A stretch of DNA of 64,000 nt from Botryllus schlosseri (taxonomy: Eukaryota): NCBI GenBank assembly GCA_051294905.1, contig CM119371.1, forward strand, positions 11,658,001 through 11,722,000, given 5' to 3'. The notes under the pieces are model-generated. The model was given only the letters and a program-made list of their open reading frames with translations, ran no database searches and was not told where the DNA came from. Both the position numbers and the translations under genes were made by a program. Of the stretch, positions 1 to 11,539 are shown piece after piece. Position 1 is the first letter of the stretch. Each line of letters begins with the position of its first letter.

Positions 1-3000
1 AGGTACCAGTCTTCACTGATAGTAGAATGAACCCGTGGGGTGGCATGTTGGGATCGGTGAAACGCGGTTTTGACCTACAAACTATTCAAATTAGTAGCTT
101 CAATGGCGATCCCCTTGATTACCATAGGTTCACCAATGAATTTGATTGTTCATTTGATCCCGAGGATGTTGATCCTAATGAAAGGCACTCTGCAAGAACC
201 AAACTAAATAAGTTGATAAGTCTTTGCACCGGAAAAGCCCGCTCTGCGCTAGAGTGCTGCCGCATTGGGAGGCAAGATGATGCTGCTTATAAATATGCTC
301 GAGATGTCTTGTACGACAACTATGGTCGCACATCCTATGTTGTAGCAGCATTTATTGGACAATTGACTGATGAAACACCAGTCGATACTACAAATTTACA
401 AATGCTTATAGAGGCATCCGACCAGCTACAAGCTGCCAAACGGGTCCTCGAACAATGTGATTCAATATCCCAAGTGAATGCAACTGGTGTTTTTCACGGT
501 ATCTTGAGTAGATATCCCATTTCATTTTTGAACCGTTTTCTCGCAAAGCATGTCGAGCAGGTTGAAGCCGGCATCGATCCAAATTTCAAAGATTTCGTGA
601 AGTTTGTCAAAAGAGAAACATCATTGGCTCGGTCACCATTGGGTCGGTTCATTAATGATCTTCACAGCAAGAAGTACTCGAAGAATCTGCGCAAGACTAC
701 AATAAAGGTGAATGCCACATCTGCCATGGCTTCAAGCTCGACAGATCAAGATGCCGTCGAAAAGAAGCCGCACTCATCTTGCATCCTATGTCAAGGCCCC
801 CATCCTCTCTTCTACTGTGATACCTTCCGTAGGATGTCTATAGACGAACGTCGACGACTCGTGGAAGAGAGCCTGGTATGCCGTAATTGTTTATCCTATG
901 GACATGATCACAATTCTTGCCCATCGTCATATCGCTGTAGAGTTGATGGGTGTGGCTATCTTCATAGCTCGTTATTACATGACGCATTTAAACGACAGGT
1001 ATATCCTAAATCCAATGTTGTTGCCAGCAACAACACAATGATGCCTCTATTTCCCTCGATCGGGGAGAGAAGTTGCCCAGTTCGTTTGTCTGTAGTACCT
1101 GTGGTAATCACCTGTAGAGCTTCCTCTATCAGGATTACCACTCATGCATTCCTCGATTCTGGGGCTACCAACTGTCTTTGTACTTATCGTTTACTAGACA
1201 AATTGGGGATTAGTGGTGAGCCAGTTAAGTGCTTGATGAATACTGCCGCGGGTACCCTTCCCAGCCAGTCTGAATTTGTGTCCATCTCTGTTCAAGGGAT
1301 TGGGGAAAGTACAGTCATCAACTTGAATGATGTATTGGCTACTCGCCACTTTCCTGATGTCGAAAGTCATACCCCAAATGCAGAAACCGTTGCACAATGC
1401 TCACACCTGAAAGAACTGTATATTCCGCTTATTGATATAAATGATGTTGACCTTATTATTGGTAGACAAGTTCTTATGTGCTACCCGGCAGATGAAGTTA
1501 TCAGACCCCGAGATAATTTGCCTGGTGCTGAACACACTGTATTTGGCTGGTGTTTGGGTGGCTCTGACAAAACCCTTCGAACAAATGTCGACTCTACTGA
1601 AGTTAATTTTCTTGATTGCAATAACAAGATTTCTGTTATTGATGATAATTTCAGGAAACATTGTGTTCCTCCAGCATTACCAATGTGTTCTGCATGTAAT
1701 GCTGATTTTCCTGATCTGGATTGTGATCCATATGAAATTCATCCCTCTGTCGAAGACGAACAAGCCATTGATATTATGAAGAAAACTTCTCGCATAACAA
1801 ATGGACGTTTTCAAGTCGGGATGCTCTGGAAATCAGATGACGTCGCTTTACCTCCGAACAGGGAAGCTGCTGTAAAGTCTCTCGAAACTCAACGAACCAA
1901 ATTTAAGAAAGATCCTGAACTTTTTCAGAAGTACAACGAAAAAATTAATGACTATCTGTCAAGGGGATATGCTCAGGCTATGCCGTCGGACATACTTCCA
2001 CCAACGAACCGTACTTTCTACTTGATCCACTTCCACACAAAACAGAAAAAAATGAGAATTGTGTTTGATGCCAGCCGGAAGTTTGCGGGAAAAAGCTTGA
2101 ATAGCCAGTTGCTCAGCGGGCCGGATATAAATTCCTCCCTCATTGGAGTGTTATCTCGATTTCGAATGCACAGATATCCGTGGGCAGCAGATCTGGCACA
2201 AATGTTTTCTCGGATCCAGACCTACCCTAGGGACTCGGACAGTCTCCGATTCCTGTGGTTTGAGAACAATGACATTCATGGAAACATTGTTGATTTCCAA
2301 ATGACTTCTCACGTTTTTGGGAGCACGTGCTCTCCTGCTATTGCACAGTTTTGTCTTCGTCAAATCGTTGCCCTCAACGGTACTAATGCTGACGCTGCAA
2401 CCTTGGATTGTATCCTAAAAAACATGTACGTTGATGACTGCGTTTCCAGTCAAGAGACTGTTGAGCTTTGTAATGAAACTATCAAACAACTTCGCTCGCT
2501 GTTTGCTAATTATGGATTCAACCTTACAAAATTTGTCAGTAATGATGCCAGAATCATGTCTCAAATTCCAGAGTCTGACCGAGCACCAAATTTTGTGAAT
2601 CTTGATTTTGAAAATTCTAATTCAGAAAGCACGCTTGGCGTGATTTGGAATGTTGCTAAAGATACCATCCAAGTCAGTACAAAACTTTTACCTAAACCTA
2701 TCACGAGACGTGGTATTGCGAGCCAGATTGCTCAAGTATACACCCCTTTTGGCTACCTTGCGCCGTTTCTCCTTCCAGCGAAGCTTATCTTACAAGAATC
2801 TACACGTCTCAATCTCGAGTGGGATGCCCCGGTGGAGAGTACACTCAAATCCAGATGGGTGAAATGGACAGAAGGTTTGAAAAACTTGGAAGACTTATCA
2901 TTCCCTCGATGCTATAAACCCCCGGATTTCAATCCTGTCAACATTCAACTGCATAATTTTGCTGATGCAAGCAAAATAGGATACTCTGCTTGTAGCTACT

Positions 3001-5021
3001 TCCGATTTGAAGATGCTAATGGCAAAATTCATTTGACCTTTGTCAGGGGGATCTCTCGAGTCACACCGAAGAATGCTCCTAGCATACCTCGGTTGGAACT
3101 GACGGCTGCGCTCACTTGCGTCAAACTTTCAAGAGCAATTCTCAAAGACGTTGATTACAAGATCGATTCTGTTCATTATTGGACGGACAGCACGGCAGTA
3201 CTTCAATGCATAAAGAGTACGACGTCACGGTTTCATACCTTTGTTCACGAGAGACTCTTAAAAATCCGTTCACTGACGCGGTTTGATCAATGGAATCATG
3301 TTGAATCTGCCTTGAACCCAGCAGATATTGGCTCTCGTGGTCTTATGCCGGATCAGTTGAAACGTGCCAAAGTTTGGTTTAATGGCCCTGAATTCCTTCT
3401 CCAACCACCTCGCTCATGGATGCATAGCACATATCAGGAGTGTGAGTTATCTCAAACTGAATTTCAAAGAGAAATCATCTGTGCCTCTGACATCGCCATT
3501 GTTCCCGATACAATGGCTGTTTATCTGGAAAGTTTCTCATCATTGAACAGACTCGTTCGTTCGACCGCGTGGATCCTACGCTTACGTGCTATTTTACACT
3601 GGAAGTCTAAAGGCTCTCCGGATGATGCAAGCATCAAACCTGATCGTGGATTCCTTACTGTTAAGGAATTGGACACTGCCCTGAGGGAAGTTATAAGACT
3701 TTGTCAGTCTGAATCATTCACAAATGTTACTCCTTTGTTAACTGTCCGTTCTCCTGCCAGTGAACCAATTGACAAAAAATGTCTCCCTAACGCATTGACT
3801 AAACTAATTCCATTTGTTTGTAATGGTGTAATGCTGGTTGGTGGTCGCCTGAATCAATCAGACTTGCCAGACTCATCCAAGAACCCTATGATATTACCAT
3901 CCCACCACCATGTTACTCGCCTAATTATTGAACAATGTCATGTTGAAAATGGCCACTGTGGGACTCTCCACGTCCTGTCTATCCTACGCAAAAAATTCTG
4001 GGTAGTAAAGGGTCAGACCACTATCCGCAAAGTACTGAAAAAATGCTTATTCTGTCAGTGTCGAAGGGCAACACCCGGCTGTCAGTATATGGCAGACCTC
4101 CCAAAATGCAGAATTACGCCCGGCAAGAATGTGTTTCATTATACAATGGTTGACTATTTTGGTCCCCTTATTTGTCGTCGTAATCGAAGCCAAGTGAAAC
4201 GCTATGGCTGTGTGTTTACATGTTTATGCACAAGAGCTGTACATTTGGAGGTGGTGGACTCTCTTGAGTCATCGGCCTTCCTGATGGCATTTTCAAAATT
4301 TATTGATGTTCGTGGCAGACCAGCGCACATGTTCAGTGACAATGGTACTGCATTTGTAGGTGCTCAGAAAGAGTTGGGAAAATCCATTACAAACTTGAAT
4401 GTAGAGTCAGTTGCCAGTGCATTGGCTGCTAAAAATATTCAGTGGCATTTTTCTCCCGCCCTTGCTCCTCATTTTCAAGGTGCAGTAGAGCGGATTGTGC
4501 AAAGTTGTAAACGTATTCTCCATGGATTGAACAATAATGCCCCTTATTATGACAATACCTTGTCTGCTCTGCTCTATGGGGTCGCTCGCATTTTGAATGA
4601 CAGACCGCTTACTCCTGTCTCAAATGATATTGGTGATTTACAGTGTTTGACGCCGAATTCAATTCTATTGGGTAGACTAGATCCATCACTACCCTCACAT
4701 GTATTCAACAAAGCTGATGAGTACGCGAAAAACTGGAAATATGTACAGCATAAACTTGATCTGTTCTGGGGCCGTTGGCTCAAAGAATATCTACCGCAAT
4801 TACAGGCACGCTCGAAATGGCTAAAAGTACAACCCAACTTTAGGGTTGGCGATATTGTTTTGCTTAACGACACTACTGTTCCTCGTGGTAGATGGCCCAA
4901 AGGTGTTATTGAACATGTGTTTCCTGATCGTAATGGGCTGGTCAGGAGAGTAAAGGTTCGTACTGCATGTGGAATCTACGAACGTGACATTCGTAAGTTG
5001 TGTCGTTTAGAACTGTCATGA
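1..5021 (+). CDS. BEL/Pao LTR retrotransposon gag-pol polyprotein (frame open to the window start, so probably 5'-incomplete)
   Basis: 1664-aa ORF with three BEL-type gag zinc knuckles (CILCQGPHPLFYC, CRNCLSYGHDHNSC, CRVDGCGYLHSSLLH), protease FLDSGA, RT YVDD, Pao RNase H FADAS...SIPRLEL, integrase HVENGH...CLFC, DYFGP and SDNGT, and C-terminal FWGRWLKEYL...WPKG. No stop in frame from 3 to 26. Confidence 0.97.
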   Translation, partial: VPVFTDSRMNPWGGMLGSVKRGFDLQTIQISSFNGDPLDYHRFTNEFDCSFDPEDVDPNERHSARTKLNKLISLCTGKARSALECCRIGRQDDAAYKYARDVLYDNYGRTSYVVAAFIGQLTDETPVDTTNLQMLIEASDQLQAAKRVLEQCDSISQVNATGVFHGILSRYPISFLNRFLAKHVEQVEAGIDPNFKDFVKFVKRETSLARSPLGRFINDLHSKKYSKNLRKTTIKVNATSAMASSSTDQDAVEKKPHSSCILCQGPHPLFYCDTFRRMSIDERRRLVEESLVCRNCLSYGHDHNSCPSSYRCRVDGCGYLHSSLLHDAFKRQVYPKSNVVASNNTMMPLFPSIGERSCPVRLSVVPVVITCRASSIRITTHAFLDSGATNCLCTYRLLDKLGISGEPVKCLMNTAAGTLPSQSEFVSISVQGIGESTVINLNDVLATRHFPDVESHTPNAETVAQCSHLKELYIPLIDINDVDLIIGRQVLMCYPADEVIRPRDNLPGAEHTVFGWCLGGSDKTLRTNVDSTEVNFLDCNNKISVIDDNFRKHCVPPALPMCSACNADFPDLDCDPYEIHPSVEDEQAIDIMKKTSRITNGRFQVGMLWKSDDVALPPNREAAVKSLETQRTKFKKDPELFQKYNEKINDYLSRGYAQAMPSDILPPTNRTFYLIHFHTKQKKMRIVFDASRKFAGKSLNSQLLSGPDINSSLIGVLSRFRMHRYPWAADLAQMFSRIQTYPRDSDSLRFLWFENNDIHGNIVDFQMTSHVFGSTCSPAIAQFCLRQIVALNGTNADAATLDCILKNMYVDDCVSSQETVELCNETIKQLRSLFANYGFNLTKFVSNDARIMSQIPESDRAPNFVNLDFENSNSESTLGVIWNVAKDTIQVSTKLLPKPITRRGIASQIAQVYTPFGYLAPFLLPAKLILQESTRLNLEWDAPVESTLKSRWVKWTEGLKNLEDLSFPRCYKPPDFNPVNIQLHNFADASKIGYSACSYFRFEDANGKIHLTFVRGISRVTPKNAPSIPRLELTAALTCVKLSRAILKDVDYKIDSVHYWTDSTAVLQCIKSTTSRFHTFVHERLLKIRSLTRFDQWNHVESALNPADIGSRGLMPDQLKRAKVWFNGPEFLLQPPRSWMHSTYQECELSQTEFQREIICASDIAIVPDTMAVYLESFSSLNRLVRSTAWILRLRAILHWKSKGSPDDASIKPDRGFLTVKELDTALREVIRLCQSESFTNVTPLLTVRSPASEPIDKKCLPNALTKLIPFVCNGVMLVGGRLNQSDLPDSSKNPMILPSHHHVTRLIIEQCHVENGHCGTLHVLSILRKKFWVVKGQTTIRKVLKKCLFCQCRRATPGCQYMADLPKCRITPGKNVFHYTMVDYFGPLICRRNRSQVKRYGCVFTCLCTRAVHLEVVDSLESSAFLMAFSKFIDVRGRPAHMFSDNGTAFVGAQKELGKSITNLNVESVASALAAKNIQWHFSPALAPHFQGAVERIVQSCKRILHGLNNNAPYYDNTLSALLYGVARILNDRPLTPVSNDIGDLQCLTPNSILLGRLDPSLPSHVFNKADEYAKNWKYVQHKLDLFWGRWLKEYLPQLQARSKWLKVQPNFRVGDIVLLNDTTVPRGRWPKGVIEHVFPDRNGLVRRVKVRTACGIYERDIRKLCRLELS

Positions 5022-5128
5022 TGTATTTTTCACAATTTGATTTGTTTCGTTTCACGACCACCTCTCATCAATTATTGTGACCCTCTGTAATGTACCTTGA
5101 CATTTCCAGTTGGTCACAGGGCCGGCCA

Positions 5129-5413
5129 TGTCGCGGTGGATTTTTCTTTATGGCTCATCGTTCACCGCCTTGACTATTTCGTAGTGCACCCTGCACATGG
5201 TATGGCGCAGGGCTCAATATGTCGAGTGACGCGGTGGCGGTCGCCTGTTTTGTTTTGTCGTAGTTCTGCTCTGTCTATCGTTTATGTTTTGTCCTTTCAG
5301 GAAAACGAGTGATTTTTTAACGTCACAAATAAGATATTGATCCACTTGGTGTTCTTGTTTGATGTTAGTTGAAAATCAGAAGAAGTCAGCTTGATACAAC
5401 ACGGTAGTCGACA
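5129..5413 (+). repeat. 3' LTR of the BEL/Pao element (~285 bp)
   Basis: Starts TGTCG after the G-rich tract ACAGGGCCGGCCA, ~100 bp after the pol stop. Ends in the inverted terminus CGACA at 5409-5413, directly before the LINE tail. Confidence 0.75.
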
Positions 5414-7770
5414 TTTTTGGAGACTACAGTTAATGATTTGGCATTTCACTGCTGTCAATCTAGCTATATAATAACAAGTAACTAAACAGATGGTAAAATA
5501 ACAAGTAAACAATACAAACGGTACCAAACTCTCAATGGTAAGAGAATGAAGAAACTAAACAGTAGCCATAAGGTTATGATTGCAAGAGCTGCTTTTTATA
5601 ATGATATTTAAATTCGTTAAAAGACATATTTTTCAATTCAGTTGGAATCTCACCCCATAGTTTTGGTCCTAAAAAGACAATGGATCTTTGAGCCATTGAA
5701 GACACACGTGGAATAAAATAGTTGTTAGAGGAAGCAGATCTGGTATTATAAGTATGGACGTCTTTTTGGAGAAGAAATAGGCCTAGCAATGCATCGGCAA
5801 TATTGCCATTATGGTATCTATGCATCAACTTTGCAATTTCTAGAGAGCACATTTTAGGAACTGTTAATATGTTGAGGGATCTGTATGCTTGCTGAACACT
5901 GTCCCGTGACCCTAGACGGCATATTGAGCGGATAGCTCTATTTTGTTGAACAGATAAGGCTTGCAAGTACGTTTTGAAAGTTGTGCCCCAAAAAATAATA
6001 CCATATAACAGATGAGGATGAATTATGGAAAAGTATAGAGTTCTTAGAACTGATCTGGGAAGTAAACGAGATACCCGTGACATCACACCGCAAGCACGAG
6101 AAACTTTTGACACTAGCAATTCGATATGGGATCTCCAAGACATATCATTGTCAATGTGTATCCCTAGATATTTCACAGTGGAGGTTGGTTTCACAGTGAC
6201 GCCAAGTATTGTTATTGCAAAATGGGGTGTGTGAGTGGGCGGTGCCTTGTTGTTGCTAATCAACAGCTGAGTTTTGGCAGGGTTTATTACTAATTTGTTG
6301 ACATTCATCCAAGTGATAATGTTTTCCATTTCAGAGTTGACTGTATGCTGGAGAGAAGCTAGGTCTGAATCGCGAGCAAATAAGCATGTATCGTCTGCAA
6401 AGAGAGTAGTGTGGAACTTTGATGCGTTTGGCAGATCATTAATGTACATTATGAAAAGAATTGGACCTAAAGTTGAGCCTTGGGGAACACCGGTCTCGAT
6501 TTTTCCATAGTGAAAGGGAGATGACATGTGATGGTCAATGTACTGTAAGCGGTTTGAAAGATAGGAACGAAATAATTCCAGAGATTTACCTCTAATACCG
6601 TAACGCTGTAATTTTTCAAGCAATAAAGAATGGTTGATCGTGTCAAAAGCTTTTTTTAAATCTAAAAATATACTGCAGCAAACATCGTTAGAGCCTAGAG
6701 TTGAATAATGTTTAGTAATGAGATCAGTGATGGCTTGATTTGTGTCGGTGTTGTGTCGAAAGCCAAATTGGCTACTCGATATCAGGGAATTTCGTTCAAA
6801 GAATGTCACCATTCTTTTATAGATGAGTTTCTCAAATAAAATAGCAATACACGGTAGGACTGAGATAGGCCTGTAATTATTCATGTCAGTTTTAGCTCCG
6901 GATTTGTGAACAGGAGTAATTTTAGCTATTTTCAAAGCAGCTGGGAAAATGGCCAATTTTACACATTGGTTGAAGTAATACGCTAACGTGGGCCCAATGG
7001 CAGGAATGAGAGTTTTTAGTAGGTCGGTAGAAATTCCATCATGACCCTCTGCTTTTCCAGTTTTCATATCTCTAACTATTTCATAGATCTCTTCCTCACT
7101 TGTGTCAGTTATGAAAAACGAATCTAAGCTTGACCTGCAGTAAGCCACTGGGGATATATCAGCGCAATTGGCACAAGAAGAGGCCAACTTGTCACCTATG
7201 GAAACGAAATGTTCATTGAGTGATTGTGAGATACTGCGAGGGTCAGTAATCTTGGTGCCATCGTCTTTGATGATATTAAGTGGAAAATTTGTATTAGTAC
7301 GTTTTACATTAATCAACTGTTTGATCAAACGCCAAGTTTGCCTTTGATCTCCATAATGATTGCTGAAGCAATTCATATAATATGATTCCTTTGCTTTTGA
7401 TTTGATGTGATTTAATTTATTGGCATATGACTTATATTTTTTTCTATCACCGTCAGTTCCACTCAGGGACCATGTTTTATGCAAGAGATTTCTCTTTCTA
7501 ATAGAGCGAACGATGCCAGGAGTAATCCATGGTTTAAGTTGCAGCTTTCGCTGCCTTCGTGACAATTTTTGAAGAGGAATATGCTCATTTATCAAACGCA
7601 ATATATTGGCAATAAAATGATTAAAGTTCTCATTGAAGTTGTGTCTTGAGAGGGGGGTAAGGTTATCATTATCAAATTTGTCAAATGCATTGTGCAGCAA
7701 TGAGTCTCGCGATTCAGGTGTTGGGAATCTTCTATACACCTTGGTGGCAGTAGGTGCAGACGATTTAACT
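5414..7770 (-). mobile_element. 5'-truncated non-LTR retrotransposon (CR1/L2 group), reverse transcriptase with open frame to the stop at 5574, plus 3' UTR
   Basis: Motifs KPWIT, KAEGHDGIS, NYRPISVLP, FLDLKKAFDTINH, GVPQGSTLGPILF, FADD, YLG and HTYNTRS. No endonuclease domain. The A-run end reads as TTTTT at 5414 on the + strand. 5' boundary approximate. Confidence 0.92.
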
Positions 7771-8414
7771 AGAACTTCAGCAACTTCAGTACAATCCGTG
7801 AATGACTGGTTGCTCTCACAAGTAACGCCGACGTATATCGTGAACAAGTCCGACATACATAAGATAGGATGATTTAATCGACACCGTTTACTAAATGACT
7901 TCAAAATGACTCGTATATTTTGTTCCGAGTCACGAGTCAATCCATATTTCTGAAGCGCCGAGTCAAGTCAAGTCAAGTCAAGTCATTTTTGGGAAGTGAC
8001 TCGAGCAATACACGAAAAATCGACACCTAGTTACGTATAGTGGGATAATTTCCATTTTATATATCCTGCAAGCTCAATAAATATTGATTTTAAAATAGGC
8101 CAGAGCGAGTCGAGAGCGGTGGTGAAAGATTTCAATAGTCATGACATGAAAATTTAGGTATTCATGGACAAACAACATCGACGGTAAATATCAATAATCG
8201 TTGAAGGTTTTCACAATCTTCTTTACTCATCCATGCGACAGGTGATGCAGTGCCTCACTTGCCTTCCCTGACCGCACGTGACTGGGTAGCTATATATATA
8301 TACCTTCAACTTTTCGTTATAAGTAGCCTAGTCGAGTGTTTTAATGAGGAAGAGGCTCCATACCTGGGTGGGGGGTCATTGTATGCGCATGCTCATTCGT
8401 GATCTAGCTCATAG

Positions 8415-9382
8415 CAGTGTTGGGATCAAGTCACTACCTACGAGTCACGAGTCATTTCGAGTCATTGTACATTTTGACACGAGTCAAGTCAAGTCATTCG
8501 ATTTTCGAAGGTGACTCGAGTCAAGTCAAGTCACTCGATTTTTGGAGGTGACTCGAGTCAAGTCGAGTCAAGTCAAGTCAAGTCACGAGTCAAGTCACAA
8601 TTCAAGTCAAGTAGCCTTTTCGAAGTATGAGGCATGATTACGTCATTGAATTTTGCTGTCTGTCTGAAATACTGATTGAGTGGTCATTGATTCTGAACCG
8701 ATGAGCGAATATATAGTTAAATATACACGCATGAAAGCGCTGCATCACTCACATATACATAGAACTGTTAAACTACGAAAGTAATTGCATAGCATCAGTT
8801 GATAGTTACCAGCCGAAATATAGAATAAAGATGCGAATTAATAAGATGCAATACATTACCCATTTACAAATTGATATGATCCATTTCGAGCCTGCGCCAA
8901 TGGCGGAGGACTAAATAAACTATATTCGAATTCAATTTCAATAAAACAAGAGGTTTGGATAAAAGAACAGAGATCAGAAATAGACATTTTGCATTACTTC
9001 ACTATACTAGTTTACGATAACGTAAGCTGTAAGCTTCGATCACTTCGTTTGTGGTCAATTTATTTGTGAGAGAACAATGTATAGGCTCAGTAGAACGCAC
9101 GCTCATAGAATGATTGGTCGCTATCACGGGTTACACCAGCGTTTCGCGAACAATCAGACCATATGCAAAATACAGTGATTTTTATCGACACCGATTACTT
9201 GATGACTTGAAATTGACTCGTGAATTTTGCTCCGAGTCACGAGTCAATCCACATTTCTGATACGCCGAGTCGAGTCAAGTCAAGTCATTTTAGCGAAGTG
9301 ACTCGAGTCAAGTCAAGTCATACGAAAAAGGTGACTCGAGTCTGACTCGCGTCAAGTCATGACTCGAGTCATCCCAACACTG
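8415..9382. mobile_element. Non-autonomous hAT-type element (MITE) with (AGTCA)n subterminal repeats
   Basis: 12-bp TIR CAGTGTTGGGAT/ATCCCAACACTG and perfect 8-bp TSD GCTCATAG (8407-8414, 9383-9390). Partial copies at ~7870-8005, 16670-16810, 28190-28400 and 30600-30805. Confidence 0.9.
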
Positions 9383-11539
9383 GCTCATAGTCGCATTCGT
9401 GTTCGCGTCTTGCTCAACCAAACAGAATATTTATAATCGGGATACTTAGGCTATTAGGCATACTTGTTTCGTTCGGGATGAGTTGGAAGTGGGAACCATT
9501 AACACTTCGTTTCGTACATCAATTAGCTGGATAGGATTCGTAGGACTTCTTGACTATAATTATCTAAATTTTTAACGGAAAATTCTTGCAATTAATATTG
9601 AAGTGCAAGCAGAAGTCAGACAATGCTGAGCTCAGAAATGATGATTTGTTTATGACTTGAATAATTATGAGCTGGAAACGAATCAAAGACTTTTTGCGAC
9701 CTAAATTTTCTACATGGCAGTCCAATTAATTATGACATGGCAATTCCCATGCGTCATCGGCAATGTTATAATTGCTTTCATTGTCACATCTAACTATAGC
9801 ATCTATTGAAACAGTAAGAGCAGCGCCATGCTTAGCTTTATGCCTATTTCAAGTTTTATAAAGTTATTTCCAAATGTCCAAAAATATTCGCGATGAAGCA
9901 TAGTTCGAGAATCAAATACTTAGGCACTCGGATGAGTGTACCCTGAAAATAAGTCAGCAATATACCAAGAAGGTGGTGTACGGAAGAGCTTGATGTGCTC
10001 GTCGGAAAGGTAGAATAAAGCTATAATTGTTTTACTGGAACCATATCCGATTCGAAAACAAAACTTATGATGAATGGAAGGCGGCAGGAAATTACCGAAA
10101 CGTTAAATGCCGCACGATTTGGATCAAACTTGGAGGCAGAATAAGTAAAAAAGTTGATCGATTGCAAAGTCTCTTGCAAAGAAATCTGTGGTGAAATGCA
10201 GAACAGAACTATTGGTGGTGAAAATCAAGTCGAAACAAGTTTTCCTGAATGGCGATCGCGCGAACACGAATGGTATTGAGTGTTCGTGGTCTGTCGACGA
10301 TATTTGTCCGAATTCACCAAGATTTTTCTCGTCGTGTTCGTGATGAGATCGAACTGTTCGACGATTTCTCGAATACCGAAATTTTGTATTCTGACCATGT
10401 AATAGCCCCAGGGTATTAATCAAAGTAACATTAGGCTGCGAGTCACCAGTCAATCTCACTTTCATGGTTTTGACTCGAGTCAATTCGAGTCATTTTTAAT
10501 TCACCACGGAGTCAAGTCCGAGTCCAAGTCATTGTGTTGGCTGTTCAGTTTTCAGTTAAAAACCCGCATTTTATACCTCTGATTGGTGATATCGAATGGT
10601 TCGCATTTATACACCAATTCTCCTCACTTTTAGCAGTTCTGGTCGCATTTTCAAGTACCAGTACCAATATACGGAATCGCAATTGTAAGGTTACTTTATT
10701 ATTCTCCGAAATTACAATGAAATGTAGGTCTCGGCCGCTCGAGCCTGGAGTCATAGGCCTATGACTTGGTTCGAGTCGTGCGCACTGACTCGAGTCCAAG
10801 TCAATTCAATACACAGATCGACTCGAGTCGAGTAATTTCCGTATTTTGAGAAAGTGACTCGAGTCAATTAAGTCGAGTCATCAGAAAATCGTGACTCGAG
10901 ACGAGTCATTGCAACCCGACATCAAAAAAGGTTGGGAACCACATACTGATCCAAACGGTTTCATACGATATTAGGTTCCCGTGGGGTTTTCCATATTATC
11001 AAGAGAGCAGAGCCCGCGAAAAAAAAATTTCAAGATAGATAAATCCTGCCCCAAAAGACTCTATTTTATGTTGAAAGATAAAATAATTTTGGGTTGTCTA
11101 CGATTGTTACATTTTGAAAACTTATGTTACACGTTTTGCAGCAAACATTGTTATAATATTGCATGGCGTGCCACGAAAAATCATCTCGCGATCAAAAAAT
11201 GGCTCGCGTGGTGGGGGTTGCCGCGATTCCTGCACTACTGTACTGTACCGTCTATATCAGATGTCGCGGTATTGAATTGAAGTTTCAAATATTTTCGATC
11301 ATTTACGATATGACACCCTGGCACGATGTTAACGCCTGCAAACTCTAGAATCGCACCTAGAGAAGATTTTTATACGAGACACGGTGCACTATAATCAGTT
11401 TGCGAGTTATTTTGCAAACATCCATCCATAAAAAAACGAATATACCTGCGACGACTGCGAGGCCAATCGCACGAGGGAAACATTATACAGGATTTTATAC
11501 AGTCAGATTGGCATAATGTCTGTGTTTACTTAGTGCGAC

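Noticed and set aside
7770..7940. N-terminus of the 788-aa LINE ORF as a real start
   Set aside because: 7870-7940 is a copy of the hAT MITE end (matches ~9180-9245), so the ORF reads through non-LINE sequence and the element is 5'-truncated.
8430..8620. CRISPR-like array in the GAGTCAAGTC repeats
   Set aside because: These are irregular pentamer runs without unique spacers, inside a TIR/TSD-bounded MITE in a eukaryotic context.
9900..10480. Possible coding remnant (119-aa minus ORF)
   Set aside because: No recognisable motif, and its start lies in a MITE fragment.
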